From: an uncultured Oscillospiraceae bacterium
GTDB lineage: Bacteria > Bacillota > Clostridia > Christensenellales > CAG-138
NCBI GenBank assembly: GCA_964571055.1
Contig: CAZNAL010000002.1
Span: 1,503-65,502 of the forward strand
Reading direction: 5' to 3'
DNA: 64,000 nucleotides
Below are positions 46,345 to 55,681 of the stretch, piece after piece. The position numbers were made by a program, and so were the translations under genes. The notes below the pieces were generated by a model. It was given only the letters and a program-made list of their open reading frames with translations, did not search any database and was not told where the DNA came from. The first letter of the stretch is position 1, and every line of letters begins with the position of its first letter.

Positions 46345-47100
46345 ATGGCATACGAGGTGCATCTTACACAATTCGACGGTCCTCTTGATCTGCTTCTGCA
46401 CCTAATAGAAAAGGCGGAGGTGGACATCAAGGATATTTTCATTTCGCAGATCACGGCGGAATACTTAAACTATATGCGGCAGGTAGATACGCTGGATATG
46501 GATACGGCCAGCGAGTTTTTATCCATGGCGGCGACGCTTCTCTACATCAAATCGCGTTCGCTCCTGCCAAGACCGCCGCGCGAAGAGGAAGAGGAGGAGG
46601 ATCCCGAGGCCGTTTTGATCCGCCAGCTGCGCGAATACAAAGCGTTTAAAGAGGCGACCCAAAAGCTTGCCGCCCTGCGCGAGGGCGTCGGCGGATGCTA
46701 TACGAAGCTTCCCGAAGAGGTTTTGCTGCCGCCGCAGGCGTACGATCTGGCGGACTCCGATTTGGACAGCCTCTATAATGCGTTTCTTTCAGTGCTAAGC
46801 AAGGTGCAGGAGCGCACGGGACGCGAACCGCAGCGCCAAGTACAGGCGGACGCATATACGATTCGCGCGCAGCTTGGCAAGATTCGTACGCTGCTGCAAG
46901 CGCGAGGGCGCATACGCTTTGAGGAGCTGTTCGCGGGTGCGTTTGTGAAGATGGAGATCATCGTGACGATGATGGCGCTGATGGACATGCTGCAGCATAA
47001 TGAGGTCAAGATCGAGCAGGAGCGGCAGTATGGCCCCATATCCATCCAAGCCGACCATTTGCTTGAGGATGACGCGGATATCGCATATACGGACGAATAG
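46345..47100 (+). CDS. scpA: segregation and condensation protein A
   Basis: VHLTQFDGPLDLLLHLIEKAEVDIKDIFISQITAEYL... Confidence 0.93.
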   Translation: MAYEVHLTQFDGPLDLLLHLIEKAEVDIKDIFISQITAEYLNYMRQVDTLDMDTASEFLSMAATLLYIKSRSLLPRPPREEEEEEDPEAVLIRQLREYKAFKEATQKLAALREGVGGCYTKLPEEVLLPPQAYDLADSDLDSLYNAFLSVLSKVQERTGREPQRQVQADAYTIRAQLGKIRTLLQARGRIRFEELFAGAFVKMEIIVTMMALMDMLQHNEVKIEQERQYGPISIQADHLLEDDADIAYTDE

Positions 47101-47111
47101 AGGTGGAACAC

Positions 47112-47663
47112 ATGCAGGATAAAGAGATTTCGGTTATGGAGTGTATTCTTTTCGTTTCGGGGGAGCCGCTGACGTTTGCGGAGCTGATGAGCGGGCTGGA
47201 TATGACCCAACTTGAGCTGCAGGCGCTTTTGCAGAGGATGGACGCGCTGTATAAGGAGGAAAAGCGGGGCATACAGCTCTATATCACCGAACAGACGGTG
47301 CAGCTTGTGTCCAACCGGGAATACGCGCCCATCATCGAAAACATGCTGCAGCCCGTGCAGGCGAAAAGCTTTTCACAGTCCATGCTGGAAACGCTTTCCA
47401 TCATCGCCTACAAGCAGCCCGTAACGCGTGCTGAGATCGAAAACGTGCGCGGCGTGCGCTGTGATTATTCGGTGAGCCAGCTTCTCAATATCGGTATGAT
47501 TCAGGAGGTTGGCCGCAAGGATACCATTGGACGTCCCATGATGTTTGGTACGACGGATGCGTTTTTGCGCCAGTTCGGGCTGCACTCGCTCAAGGATTTG
47601 CCGCAGTTTTCTTCCGCGGACGAGGAAGCGCAGGCGGAATCCGACAGGGAAAGCCTTTCATAA
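47112..47663 (+). CDS. scpB: segregation and condensation protein B
   Basis: ...ECILFVSGEPLTFAEL...; LETLSIIAYKQPVTRAEIENVRGV; GRPMMFGTTDAFLRQFGL. AGAGGTGG RBS 5 nt before ATG 47112. GTG 47103 is the track start. Confidence 0.93.
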   Translation: MQDKEISVMECILFVSGEPLTFAELMSGLDMTQLELQALLQRMDALYKEEKRGIQLYITEQTVQLVSNREYAPIIENMLQPVQAKSFSQSMLETLSIIAYKQPVTRAEIENVRGVRCDYSVSQLLNIGMIQEVGRKDTIGRPMMFGTTDAFLRQFGLHSLKDLPQFSSADEEAQAESDRESLS

Positions 47664-47715
47664 AAAATGCGGCAACGCCACAGCTTAACGGTATAGCGCT
47701 CGAAAGGAGAGGACT

Positions 47716-48279
47716 ATGCCGCTTTTTTTTATTCTGCTGGTTTTCCTCGTTGCAGGCTTGTTTTGGAATATCCGCGTATTCGTGCGCTTACAGCTTTGCG
47801 GCGGCGCGGTGTATGTGTATACGGAATACCGGGCGTTCTATGGTCTGATTCCCATCCGCTTCGAATTCTACGGGGAGATCAGGGAACCCTACACATGGAA
47901 AAAGCTGGAGCGGGATCGTTGGCATATCCCAAGGATCACGGAGAAAAAAACAAAAAAAAGAAAGAAGGGCGCTTGGAAGCGCATGCTTACGCTGCGCCGT
48001 CATGTGCGCCTTACGCGCCTTCGCTGTGAAGGTGAGCTGGGTTGTGCAAACAGCGCCGTAGAAACCATCATGCTGACGGGGCTTTTGCGCATGGTATTCG
48101 ACATACTTGCCGCCGTATGGGGCGTTCCGTACGAAACGGCGCTTTCTCTAAGCTTTGCGGGCAATGTGTGCAGGCTAAAACTGGAAGGCATATTCGATTT
48201 GCGCGCCGCGCATATTATGTTTGCCCTATTGAAGGAAAAAACAAGAGGAAGAGGAGAAGAATATGCCGCATCCCATTGA
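47716..48279 (+). CDS. ytfI: DUF2953 family sporulation protein (YtfI-like)
   Basis: 187 aa with N-terminal TM MPLFFILLVFLVAGLFW and a basic linker. Located directly upstream of, and overlapping, ytfJ as in Bacillus. AAAGGAGAGG RBS. Confidence 0.6.
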   Translation: MPLFFILLVFLVAGLFWNIRVFVRLQLCGGAVYVYTEYRAFYGLIPIRFEFYGEIREPYTWKKLERDRWHIPRITEKKTKKRKKGAWKRMLTLRRHVRLTRLRCEGELGCANSAVETIMLTGLLRMVFDILAAVWGVPYETALSLSFAGNVCRLKLEGIFDLRAAHIMFALLKEKTRGRGEEYAASH

Positions 48280-48697
48280 AAACATTATGGAAACCTCCAT
48301 GGAACAGCTTAAGGACATCGCGGATGTGAACACGGTGGTGGGGAAGCCCATCACGGCGGGTGAAAAGGCGGTGATATTGCCCATATCCAAGGTGACGCTG
48401 GGCTTTTTGTCCGGCGGCGGCGAATATGGGCAGAAGAGCGGACCCGTCAGGCGGAGCGGCGATATGATGGATACGGCCTCCGGCGACGCGTATCCGTTTG
48501 CGGGTACGGCGGTGGCAGGCATGAGCCTGACGCCCATGGGCTTTCTATATGTAAACGACGAGAAGGTGCGGCTGCTTTCCACAAGCTATGCTACGCCCAT
48601 CGAGCGCATCATGGACGCCGTGCCGCAGGCGCTGCAGATCGTGGAGAGCATGGCTAAGAGCGGCGCGTGCAAGGAGGACGGCGAAGCTGATGCGTAA
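48263..48697 (+). CDS. ytfJ: GerW/YtfJ family sporulation protein
   Basis: IENIMETSMEQLKDIADVNTVVGKPITAGEKAVILPISKVTLGFLSGGGEYG is the family signature. Confidence 0.88.
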   Translation: MPHPIENIMETSMEQLKDIADVNTVVGKPITAGEKAVILPISKVTLGFLSGGGEYGQKSGPVRRSGDMMDTASGDAYPFAGTAVAGMSLTPMGFLYVNDEKVRLLSTSYATPIERIMDAVPQALQIVESMAKSGACKEDGEADA

Positions 48698-49814
48698 GCT
48701 GCGTCAAAGGCTATGCGCGGCGCTGTGCGTTCTCTGCGCGCTTACTGCGTGGGGCGCGCCGTGCAGGGCGGCGCAGACGCCGGATGTGCAAGCGAAGGCC
48801 GTTGCACTGCTGGAGGCGGGCAGCGGCAAGGTCCTGTGTTCAAAAAACGCCCATACGCGCTTGCCCATGGCCAGCACCACGAAGATCATGACGGCGGTGA
48901 TCGCGCTGGAAAACTGCCCGCTGCGGGATATGGTGACGGTGACGAAGGAGGCGTATGGCACGGAGGGCTCCAGCATGTACTTGAAGCTGGGGGAAAAGCT
49001 CAGCATGGAGGATATGCTCTATGGGCTGATGCTCGCCTCCGGCAATGACGCGGCGGTCGCGATCGCCCTGCACGTGGGCGGAAGCGTGGCGGGTTTTGCC
49101 GCCATGATGAACGCGAAGGCGGCGGATCTGGGGCTTACCAACACACATTTTGTTACGCCCAACGGACTGCATGACGACGCGCACTACACAACCGCCTACG
49201 ACCTTGCCGTGATCGCCGCCTACGCCATGAAAAACCCGACCTTTCGAAAGCTTGTCGGTACGGAGCGATACCAGACCCAGACGGGGGACGTTATCCGAAC
49301 CTTTTCCAATAAGAACAGGACGCTTCGCCAATATGAGGGCGGCAACGGCGTGAAAACGGGCTATACGTCGGACGCGGGGAAATGCCTGTGCTTCGCGGCG
49401 CTTAGAAAGGATATGCAGCTTGTGGGCGTGGTGCTCAACAGCGGCGATATGTTTGGCGATGCATTTTCCCTGCTGGATTACGGCTTTGCGAACTATCGCA
49501 TGCAAAAAATCGTCAAGCGCGGCGACGATGTGACCTATGCTAGGCTTGCGGGCGGCACAAAAAACACCTTGGCTTTGTGCGCCGCAAAGGATATAATGAT
49601 ACCCGTAGCGTTGGGGGAAGAACCGACCGTAAAAAGCGCCGTGGCGCTGGACGTGCTCCAAATACCGGTACAGGCGGGCAGCGAATGCGGTACGCTCTCG
49701 GTGATGGAGAACGGACGGGTAATCGCAAGCACGCCGCTCGTTGCCAAGGAGACGGTGGAAAGCCCCGGCATGCGCGAATACTTCAGCCGCTGTATCAGGG
49801 ACTGGAGCGCATAG
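48690..49814 (+). CDS. dacB: D-alanyl-D-alanine carboxypeptidase (peptidase S11, DacB-type)
   Basis: Signal peptide MRKLRQRLCAALCVLCALTAWGAPCRAA. Intact SxxK (MASTTKIMT), SxN (LASGNDAA) and KTG (GVKTGYTSDAG). The track start at 48588 lies inside ytfJ. Confidence 0.9.
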   Translation: MRKLRQRLCAALCVLCALTAWGAPCRAAQTPDVQAKAVALLEAGSGKVLCSKNAHTRLPMASTTKIMTAVIALENCPLRDMVTVTKEAYGTEGSSMYLKLGEKLSMEDMLYGLMLASGNDAAVAIALHVGGSVAGFAAMMNAKAADLGLTNTHFVTPNGLHDDAHYTTAYDLAVIAAYAMKNPTFRKLVGTERYQTQTGDVIRTFSNKNRTLRQYEGGNGVKTGYTSDAGKCLCFAALRKDMQLVGVVLNSGDMFGDAFSLLDYGFANYRMQKIVKRGDDVTYARLAGGTKNTLALCAAKDIMIPVALGEEPTVKSAVALDVLQIPVQAGSECGTLSVMENGRVIASTPLVAKETVESPGMREYFSRCIRDWSA

Positions 49815-49826
49815 GAGGTACTTCTT

Positions 49827-50537
49827 TTGCGATTGCAAAAGTGGATGGCTGATGCCGGCGTAGCGTCCCGAAGGAAATGCGAGGAACTGATCGCCAAGGG
49901 GCTTGTCAGCGTGAACGGACAGGTAGCGCAGATCGGGTGCAGCGTAGAAGACGGCGACCGAGTGGAATATGACGGGAAGACGATCACGCCCGCGGCGGAA
50001 CGCATCGTGCTTGCGTTCAATAAGCCGCGCGGCGTTTTGTGTACCGCAGACGATCCGAAGGGGCGGAAAACCGTGCTGGATTACTTCGCGGATTTTCCCG
50101 TGCGGCTGTATAACGTCGGGCGTTTGGATTACGATTCGGAGGGTTTACTGCTGATGACCAACGACGGCGAGCTTGCGTATCGCATGACGCATCCCAAGTA
50201 CGAGATCGAAAAGACGTATCATGTGGTGCTCGACGCGATGCTCACAAACGCGCAGCTTGCCGCGCTGCGCAATGGCGTGACGCTTTCGGATGGCGTGACG
50301 GCGCCGGCGCGGGTAGAGAACATGCGGCGCACGGATAACGGCCATTTTGCGCTGGACGTCACGATTCATGAGGGGAAGAACCGGGAAGTGCGGCGCATGA
50401 TGGAGGCCATGGGGCGGGAGACCATACGGCTGCAGCGCATACGTTTTGCCGCGGTTCGGCTTGGAAGCCTGCGCGCAGGCGCGTGGCGGCGCTTGACAAA
50501 AGTAGAGGTTATTGAACTGGACGCATTGTGTAAATAA
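49827..50537 (+). CDS. rluB: pseudouridine synthase, RsuA/RluB family
   Basis: TTG start with AGGAGG RBS. S4 domain MRLQKWMADAGVASRRKCEELI; catalytic NVGRLDYDSEGLLLMTNDGEL. Confidence 0.88.
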   Translation: MRLQKWMADAGVASRRKCEELIAKGLVSVNGQVAQIGCSVEDGDRVEYDGKTITPAAERIVLAFNKPRGVLCTADDPKGRKTVLDYFADFPVRLYNVGRLDYDSEGLLLMTNDGELAYRMTHPKYEIEKTYHVVLDAMLTNAQLAALRNGVTLSDGVTAPARVENMRRTDNGHFALDVTIHEGKNREVRRMMEAMGRETIRLQRIRFAAVRLGSLRAGAWRRLTKVEVIELDALCK

Positions 50538-50554
50538 CCTTATGAGTCGGCATA

Positions 50555-50583
50555 TTGACTTTGAAGAAAATCCCACTTATGAT
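50555..50583 (+). promoter_or_regulatory. sigma-A-type promoter for the oad operon (TTGACT-17-TATGAT)
   Basis: ttgact ttgaagaaaatcccact tatgat, about 70 nt upstream of the oadG start. Confidence 0.5.
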
Positions 50584-50654
50584 TTAATCGGGTGACATTG
50601 AAGACATACCTTCATTTCAGATATCACTACAACTTAGAAAGGAGGCGCATTTCT

Positions 50655-51062
50655 TTGGGTATCAGTCCATGGTTTGTATTAGTATTAGGTATGGGAACTG
50701 TGTTTTTCGGACTCGTCTGCTTGATCTACATTTCGCTTTTGATGAGCTTTCTGATCCGCAAATTCGAAAAGCCCGCCATACCGGAGAAAAGCGCCGCGCA
50801 AGGGGTAGTTGCACAGACGGCTGTGGCTCCGGCAAGCGGTGTGGCATTTGGCGACAGAAAACTTTTGGACGCGATCATCGCCGCCGCGATTGCCACCTAT
50901 GATGGTTCTTCCATCGAGGGGCTGCGGATTCGTTCGATCCGGCAAATCGGCGGGGCGAGCGCAAACCGGCAGCAATTTGTTGCAGCCGTATCCGCCGCGG
51001 TCGCGACCACCATCGGTACGGATGTGCAGGGTCTTAGGATTCACAGTATCAAAAAAATATAA
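50655..51062 (+). CDS. oadG: OadG family protein (gamma subunit of Na+-translocating decarboxylase) with duplicated C-terminal module
   Basis: TTG 50655 lies 9 nt after GGAGG. TM GISPWFVLVLGMGTVFFGLVCLIYISLLMSF. Two copies of the IAAAIA...GLRIRSIRQI-type module follow. The track start at 50592 has no RBS. Confidence 0.75.
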   Translation: MGISPWFVLVLGMGTVFFGLVCLIYISLLMSFLIRKFEKPAIPEKSAAQGVVAQTAVAPASGVAFGDRKLLDAIIAAAIATYDGSSIEGLRIRSIRQIGGASANRQQFVAAVSAAVATTIGTDVQGLRIHSIKKI

Positions 51063-51084
51063 TATGTTGGAGGAATAAATACTT

Positions 51085-51441
51085 ATGCGTAAGTTCATCG
51101 TCAATGTTAATGGCTCTTCTTATGAAGTAGAGGTTGAAGAAATCGCCGCGGGCAGCGCGCCCGTTGCAGCCCCCGCCGCCGCGCCCGCTCCCGCAGCAGC
51201 GCCCGCTCCCGTTGCCGCCACCGGCAAACAGGAGACCGTGAATTGCCCCATGCCCGGCAACATCTGGGAAGTGAAATGCAAGCCCGGTGATGTTATGAAG
51301 TCCGGTGATGTGCTGCTCGTTCTCGAAGCCATGAAGATGGAAAACGAGATCATGGCGCCGCGTGACTGCAAGGTCGTGGCCGTCAACGTTCAGAAGGGTG
51401 CTGCCGTCAATTCCGGTGATGTCCTTTGCGTCATTGAATAA
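51085..51441 (+). CDS. biotin carboxyl-carrier subunit (biotin/lipoyl attachment domain) of the decarboxylase
   Basis: 118 aa. KFIVNVNGSSYEVEVEEI, an Ala/Pro linker, and the biotinylation motif VLEAMKMENEI. Confidence 0.9.
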   Translation: MRKFIVNVNGSSYEVEVEEIAAGSAPVAAPAAAPAPAAAPAPVAATGKQETVNCPMPGNIWEVKCKPGDVMKSGDVLLVLEAMKMENEIMAPRDCKVVAVNVQKGAAVNSGDVLCVIE

Positions 51442-51497
51442 GCGCGTCGTTCGCTTTTTTGATGTTCCCTAACGATTGCGAAGGAGTAAACAGATAA

Positions 51498-52691
51498 ATG
51501 GAAGCTATAATAGAATTCGTAAAATCGACGGGATTTTGGATGCTTTTTGAGGATCCGCGCTGCCTGGTTATGATCGGCGTAGCGTGCCTGCTCCTCTATC
51601 TTGGTATCGCCAAGAAGTTTGAACCCCTCCTGATGGTCACGATCGCATTTGGTATGCTTTTGACCAATCTGCCCGGCGCCAATCTCTATCATGCCGAGTT
51701 TTATACCGGCGGCCATGTGGATTGGCAGGCATTCAACAACGGCGCGGGCTTGATCGACTACCTGTATTTGGGCGTCAAACTGGGCATATACCCGTCCTTG
51801 ATCTTTATGGGCGTAGGCGCCATGACGGACTTCGGTCCCTTGATCGCCAACCCCAAGAGCCTGCTGCTGGGCGCGGCCGCGCAGCTTGGCATTTTCGTTG
51901 CGTTTCTGGGCGCGCTGGGACTCACGCAGCTTTTCCCCGACGTGATCCACTTCGGCTTTAACGAGGCGGCCTCCATCGGCATCATCGGCGGTGCGGACGG
52001 GCCAACGGCCATATATGTCTGTTCAAGACTCGCACCGGCGCTGCTCGGCCCCGTCGCGGTGGCGGCGTATTCCTACATGGCGTTGGTGCCCGTTATCCAG
52101 CCGCCCATCATGAAGCTTTTGACGACGAAGGAAGAACGATGCATCGTCATGAAGCAGCTTCGTCCCGTGTCCCAAACGGAAAAGGTCATTTTCCCCATCA
52201 TGGTCACGATTTTCGTGTCCTTGCTTCTCCCTTCGGCAGCGCCCCTTGTCGGCATGCTGATGCTGGGCAATCTTTTCCGCGAGTGCGGCGTGACGGAGCG
52301 TTTGAGCAAAACCGCGCAGAACGAGCTTATCAATATCGTAACGATATTCTTGGGCGTCTCTGTCGGCGCGACGGCTACCACGAACGCCTTCTTCAACTTT
52401 GAGACCATCGGCATCCTGATCATGGGCGTGTGCGCGTTTGGTTTCGGCACAGCGGGCGGCGTGCTGCTTGCAAAGCTTATGAACCTGTTCCTCAAGAAGA
52501 CGGATCCCATCAACCCCTTGATCGGTTCCGCGGGCGTTTCTGCTGTTCCCATGGCGGCGCGCGTGTCGCAGATCGTCGGGCAGAAGGACAATCCGGGCAA
52601 CTTCCTGCTCATGCACGCTATGGGCCCCAACGTGGCGGGCGTCATCGGTTCCGCGATCGCGGCCGGTGTGTTCCTTGCCCTGTTCTATTAA
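51498..52691 (+). CDS. oadB: sodium ion-translocating decarboxylase beta subunit
   Basis: 397 aa, polytopic. [14 protein letters not shown]; [14 protein letters not shown]; [17 protein letters not shown]. These are hallmarks of the OadB/GcdB/MmdB family. Confidence 0.93.
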   Translation: MEAIIEFVKSTGFWMLFEDPRCLVMIGVACLLLYLGIAKKFEPLLMVTIAFGMLLTNLPGANLYHAEFYTGGHVDWQAFNNGAGLIDYLYLGVKLGIYPSLIFMGVGAMTDFGPLIANPKSLLLGAAAQLGIFVAFLGALGLTQLFPDVIHFGFNEAASIGIIGGADGPTAIYVCSRLAPALLGPVAVAAYSYMALVPVIQPPIMKLLTTKEERCIVMKQLRPVSQTEKVIFPIMVTIFVSLLLPSAAPLVGMLMLGNLFRECGVTERLSKTAQNELINIVTIFLGVSVGATATTNAFFNFETIGILIMGVCAFGFGTAGGVLLAKLMNLFLKKTDPINPLIGSAGVSAVPMAARVSQIVGQKDNPGNFLLMHAMGPNVAGVIGSAIAAGVFLALFY

Positions 52692-52709
52692 AGAAGGAGA
52701 TCGGTATAT

Positions 52710-54158
52710 ATGGAAAAGAAACTGTTGATTACAGATACCATATTGCGCGACGCTCACCAGTCGCAGGCCGCTACGCGTATGCGTACGGAGGATATGCTTC
52801 CCGCCTGTGAAATACTGGACAGCATCGGCTATTGGTCATTGGAATGCTGGGGCGGCGCTACATTTGACAGCTGCATCCGCTTTCTGAACGAAGATCCCTG
52901 GGAGCGCATCCGCAAGCTAAAAAAGGCGCTGCCCAACACCAAGCTGCAAATGCTTTTCCGCGGCCAAAACATTCTTGGCTATAAGCATTACGCGGACGAC
53001 GTGGTGGAGCAGTTCTGCCGCAAGGCGATCGAGAACGGCATCGACGTGATCCGCATCTTCGACGCGCTCAACGACGTGCGCAATTTGGAGGCCGCCATCA
53101 AGTTCACCAAGAAATACGGCGGTATCTGCGAGCCCGCCATCAGTTACACGATCAGCCCCGTACACAGCGAGGATTACTTTGTCAAGGTCGCAAAGGATCT
53201 CAAGCAGATGGGCGCGGACGTGATCTGCATCAAGGATATGGCGAACCTGCTGCTGCCCTTTGAGGCGTATTCCCTTGTGAAGCGCCTGAAGGACGAGGTG
53301 GGCCTGCCCGTGCATCTGCACACGCATAACACCACCGGCACAGGCGACATGACCTATTTGAAGGCCGCCGAAGCGGGCGTTGACATCGTAGACTGTGCGC
53401 TGTCGCCTTTGGCAAACGGAACCTCCCAGCCCGCGACGGAATCCTTGGTCGCGACGCTCAAGGGTACGGAGCGCGACACCGGGCTTGATCTTGTCAAGCT
53501 CGCCGACGCCGCCAAGCATTTCCGCAAGGTCGCCCAGAAGCTCACCGACGAGGGCTTCCGCAATCCCAAGGTATTGCAGGTAGACACCAATACGCTGATC
53601 TATCAGGTACCCGGCGGGATGCTCAGCAACCTCATCAACCAGCTCAAAGAGGCTGGAAAAGAGGATAAGTACTACGAGGTGCTCGAAGAGGTGCCCGTGG
53701 TGCGTAAGGATTTCGGCTATCCGCCCCTTGTTACGCCCACCAGCCAAATCGTTGGCACGCAGGCTGTGTTCAACGTCCTCTTTGGCCGTTATAAGAACTT
53801 CACCAAGGAATCCAAGGCGCTGCTCGCCGGTGAATACGGCGCGCTGCCGGGTGAAGTCAACGAGGAAGTGCGAAAGCTCGCCATCGGCGATAAGCAGCCC
53901 ATCACATGCCGTCCCGCCGATCTCTTGGAGCCGGAGCTTGACAAGTACAGGGAGGAGCTCAAGGGTATCGCGAAGTCCGACGAGGATGTGTTTACCTACG
54001 CGCTGTTCCCGCAGGTAGCCTTGAAGTTCTTTGAAAATCGCGATAAGGCAAAGGCGGAAGCGCCCGCTGCCGCACCGGCGGCGCCCGCCGCTCCCAAGGC
54101 TGCGCCCGCCGCACCGGCCGGCGTGACAACCCTCTATGTTGAGGATCTAAGCCTCTAA
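52710..54158 (+). CDS. oadA: oxaloacetate decarboxylase alpha subunit (carboxyltransferase; no biotinyl domain)
   Basis: ITDTILRDAHQSQAATRM; ECWGGATFD; IKDMANLL; LHTHNTTGTG. It ends in an Ala/Pro linker (APAAAPAAPAAPKAAPAAPA) plus 13 residues. Confidence 0.9.
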   Translation: MEKKLLITDTILRDAHQSQAATRMRTEDMLPACEILDSIGYWSLECWGGATFDSCIRFLNEDPWERIRKLKKALPNTKLQMLFRGQNILGYKHYADDVVEQFCRKAIENGIDVIRIFDALNDVRNLEAAIKFTKKYGGICEPAISYTISPVHSEDYFVKVAKDLKQMGADVICIKDMANLLLPFEAYSLVKRLKDEVGLPVHLHTHNTTGTGDMTYLKAAEAGVDIVDCALSPLANGTSQPATESLVATLKGTERDTGLDLVKLADAAKHFRKVAQKLTDEGFRNPKVLQVDTNTLIYQVPGGMLSNLINQLKEAGKEDKYYEVLEEVPVVRKDFGYPPLVTPTSQIVGTQAVFNVLFGRYKNFTKESKALLAGEYGALPGEVNEEVRKLAIGDKQPITCRPADLLEPELDKYREELKGIAKSDEDVFTYALFPQVALKFFENRDKAKAEAPAAAPAAPAAPKAAPAAPAGVTTLYVEDLSL

Positions 54159-54177
54159 AACCGATACGGTACGGGAA

Positions 54178-54208
54178 GGAGACGAACGGAAACGCTCGTC
54201 TCCTTTTT
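54178..54208 (+). terminator. intrinsic terminator after the oad operon
   Basis: GGAGACGA acggaaacgc TCGTCTCC followed by TTTTT. Confidence 0.75.
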
Positions 54209-54245
54209 AACGAAATGCGAATGGACGCGCAGCGTATGGTTAGGA

Positions 54246-54274
54246 TTGAATTGTACCCCCGCGTCTGTTAAAAT
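54246..54274 (+). promoter_or_regulatory. sigma-A-type promoter for surE (TTGAAT-17-TAAAAT with TGn)
   Basis: ttgaat tgtacccccgcgtctgt taaaat. Confidence 0.5.
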
Positions 54275-54302
54275 GGAAAAAGTATAAAAACGGAGTGTAT
54301 GT

Positions 54303-55049
54303 ATGAAGATATTGATCACTAACGACGACGGCGTGTCCGCGCCCGGCATACGAGCGCTTGCGAAAGCGTTTTGCAAGGAGCATGAGGTGTGCGTGTCCGC
54401 GCCCGACAGCGAAAGAAGCGGCGCGTCGCATTCCATCACGCTTACAACGCCGCTGCGCGTAAAACAGGTCTTTTTGGACGACCTTCCGGATGTGCCGACC
54501 TTCGCTGTAAACGGTACGCCCGTGGATTGCTTGAAGATCGCCTATGGCAACCTTGGCATCAAGCCGGATTTGGTGCTTTCAGGCATCAACCTGGGCGCGA
54601 ATTTGGGTTCCGACGTGCTTTATTCCGGTACGGTATCCGCCGCGATGGCGGCGGCTTCGGAGGGCATACCCGCCATCGCGGGCTCCGTCTGCGCGAATCG
54701 CCCGCAGCATTACGCGCCCGTGATACAGGCGATCAAGGATATGATACCTTATGCGCTCGCACATGTGTGCGACGTTATCAACATCAACGCGCCGGATCTG
54801 CCGGCGGAGGAGATCAAGGGCTATCGCTTTACCGCGAACAGCCGCCAAAAATATGAGCTTGCCTATGTGGAGCGTGAGGATCCGCATAAGCAGAAATATT
54901 ACTGGTTGCCAACGGGAAAGCTGACCGTTTGCGAGCCGGACGAGGATACCGATGAACGCTGGGTACAGGAAGGCTATATAGCGATTGTGCCATTGAAGCT
55001 GGATACGACGGACTATGCCTGTTTGCGCGCGTGGAAGGAAAAGGCATGA
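54303..55049 (+). CDS. surE: 5'/3'-nucleotidase SurE
   Basis: MKILITNDDGVSAPGIRALA...SGINLGANLGSDVLYSGTVSAAM. Confidence 0.95.
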   Translation: MKILITNDDGVSAPGIRALAKAFCKEHEVCVSAPDSERSGASHSITLTTPLRVKQVFLDDLPDVPTFAVNGTPVDCLKIAYGNLGIKPDLVLSGINLGANLGSDVLYSGTVSAAMAAASEGIPAIAGSVCANRPQHYAPVIQAIKDMIPYALAHVCDVININAPDLPAEEIKGYRFTANSRQKYELAYVEREDPHKQKYYWLPTGKLTVCEPDEDTDERWVQEGYIAIVPLKLDTTDYACLRAWKEKA

Positions 55050-55681
55050 AGCTGATCCTTGCAAGACACGGGCAAACGGAATGGAATACGCTTTTTCGCG
55101 TGCAGGGGCGCACGGATATCCCCTTGAACGATGTGGGGCGCGCGCAGGCGCAGGCGCTTGCGGAGCGTTTGGATTGTATGAAGATCGAAGCCGTGTACGC
55201 AAGTCCTCTGGGGCGCGCACAGGAATCGGCGCGCTTTATCACCGAAAGGCAAACTTGCCCGCTGATCGTGGATGAGCGTCTGATCGAGCGTGACTTTGGC
55301 GCGTGGGAGGGCGCGATCATGCCCGAACTTAGCAAGACGCAGCCTGCGCTTTGGGATGTTTGGGTAAAAGCGCCGTCGCTCTGCGAGATCCCCGGCGCGG
55401 AGACCGTGCAGGCGGTTTATACGCGCAGCATGGACTTTGCAAAGGAAATACTTGCCCGCCACAAGGACGGCAATATCGTGATGATCTCTCACGCCAACCC
55501 CGTGAAGCTGATCTTGTGCCATTATCTACAGACGTTGCCCGACTGCATGCATAGAATCCGTACGGATAATTGCAGCTATTCGGAGATCAGGCGCAAAGAA
55601 AACGATTATGTGGTAAGCACGCTCAACGAAACGTACTTTTTGCTACAGAAGGGGCTTTTGCCGGAAAGGAGCCATCTTTGA
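55046..55681 (+). CDS. histidine phosphatase family protein (phosphoglycerate mutase-like)
   Basis: MKLILARHGQTEWN (RHG motif) and ...ISHANPV. ATGA overlap with surE. Confidence 0.85.
   Translation: MKLILARHGQTEWNTLFRVQGRTDIPLNDVGRAQAQALAERLDCMKIEAVYASPLGRAQESARFITERQTCPLIVDERLIERDFGAWEGAIMPELSKTQPALWDVWVKAPSLCEIPGAETVQAVYTRSMDFAKEILARHKDGNIVMISHANPVKLILCHYLQTLPDCMHRIRTDNCSYSEIRRKENDYVVSTLNETYFLLQKGLLPERSHL

Noticed and set aside
51150-51230. GC-rich short repeats (GCxCCx units) here and at 54060-54120, as possible tandem-repeat or CRISPR-like elements
   Set aside because: They are in-frame Ala/Pro linkers of the biotin carrier and OadA. They have no spacer/repeat periodicity and no associated cas genes.
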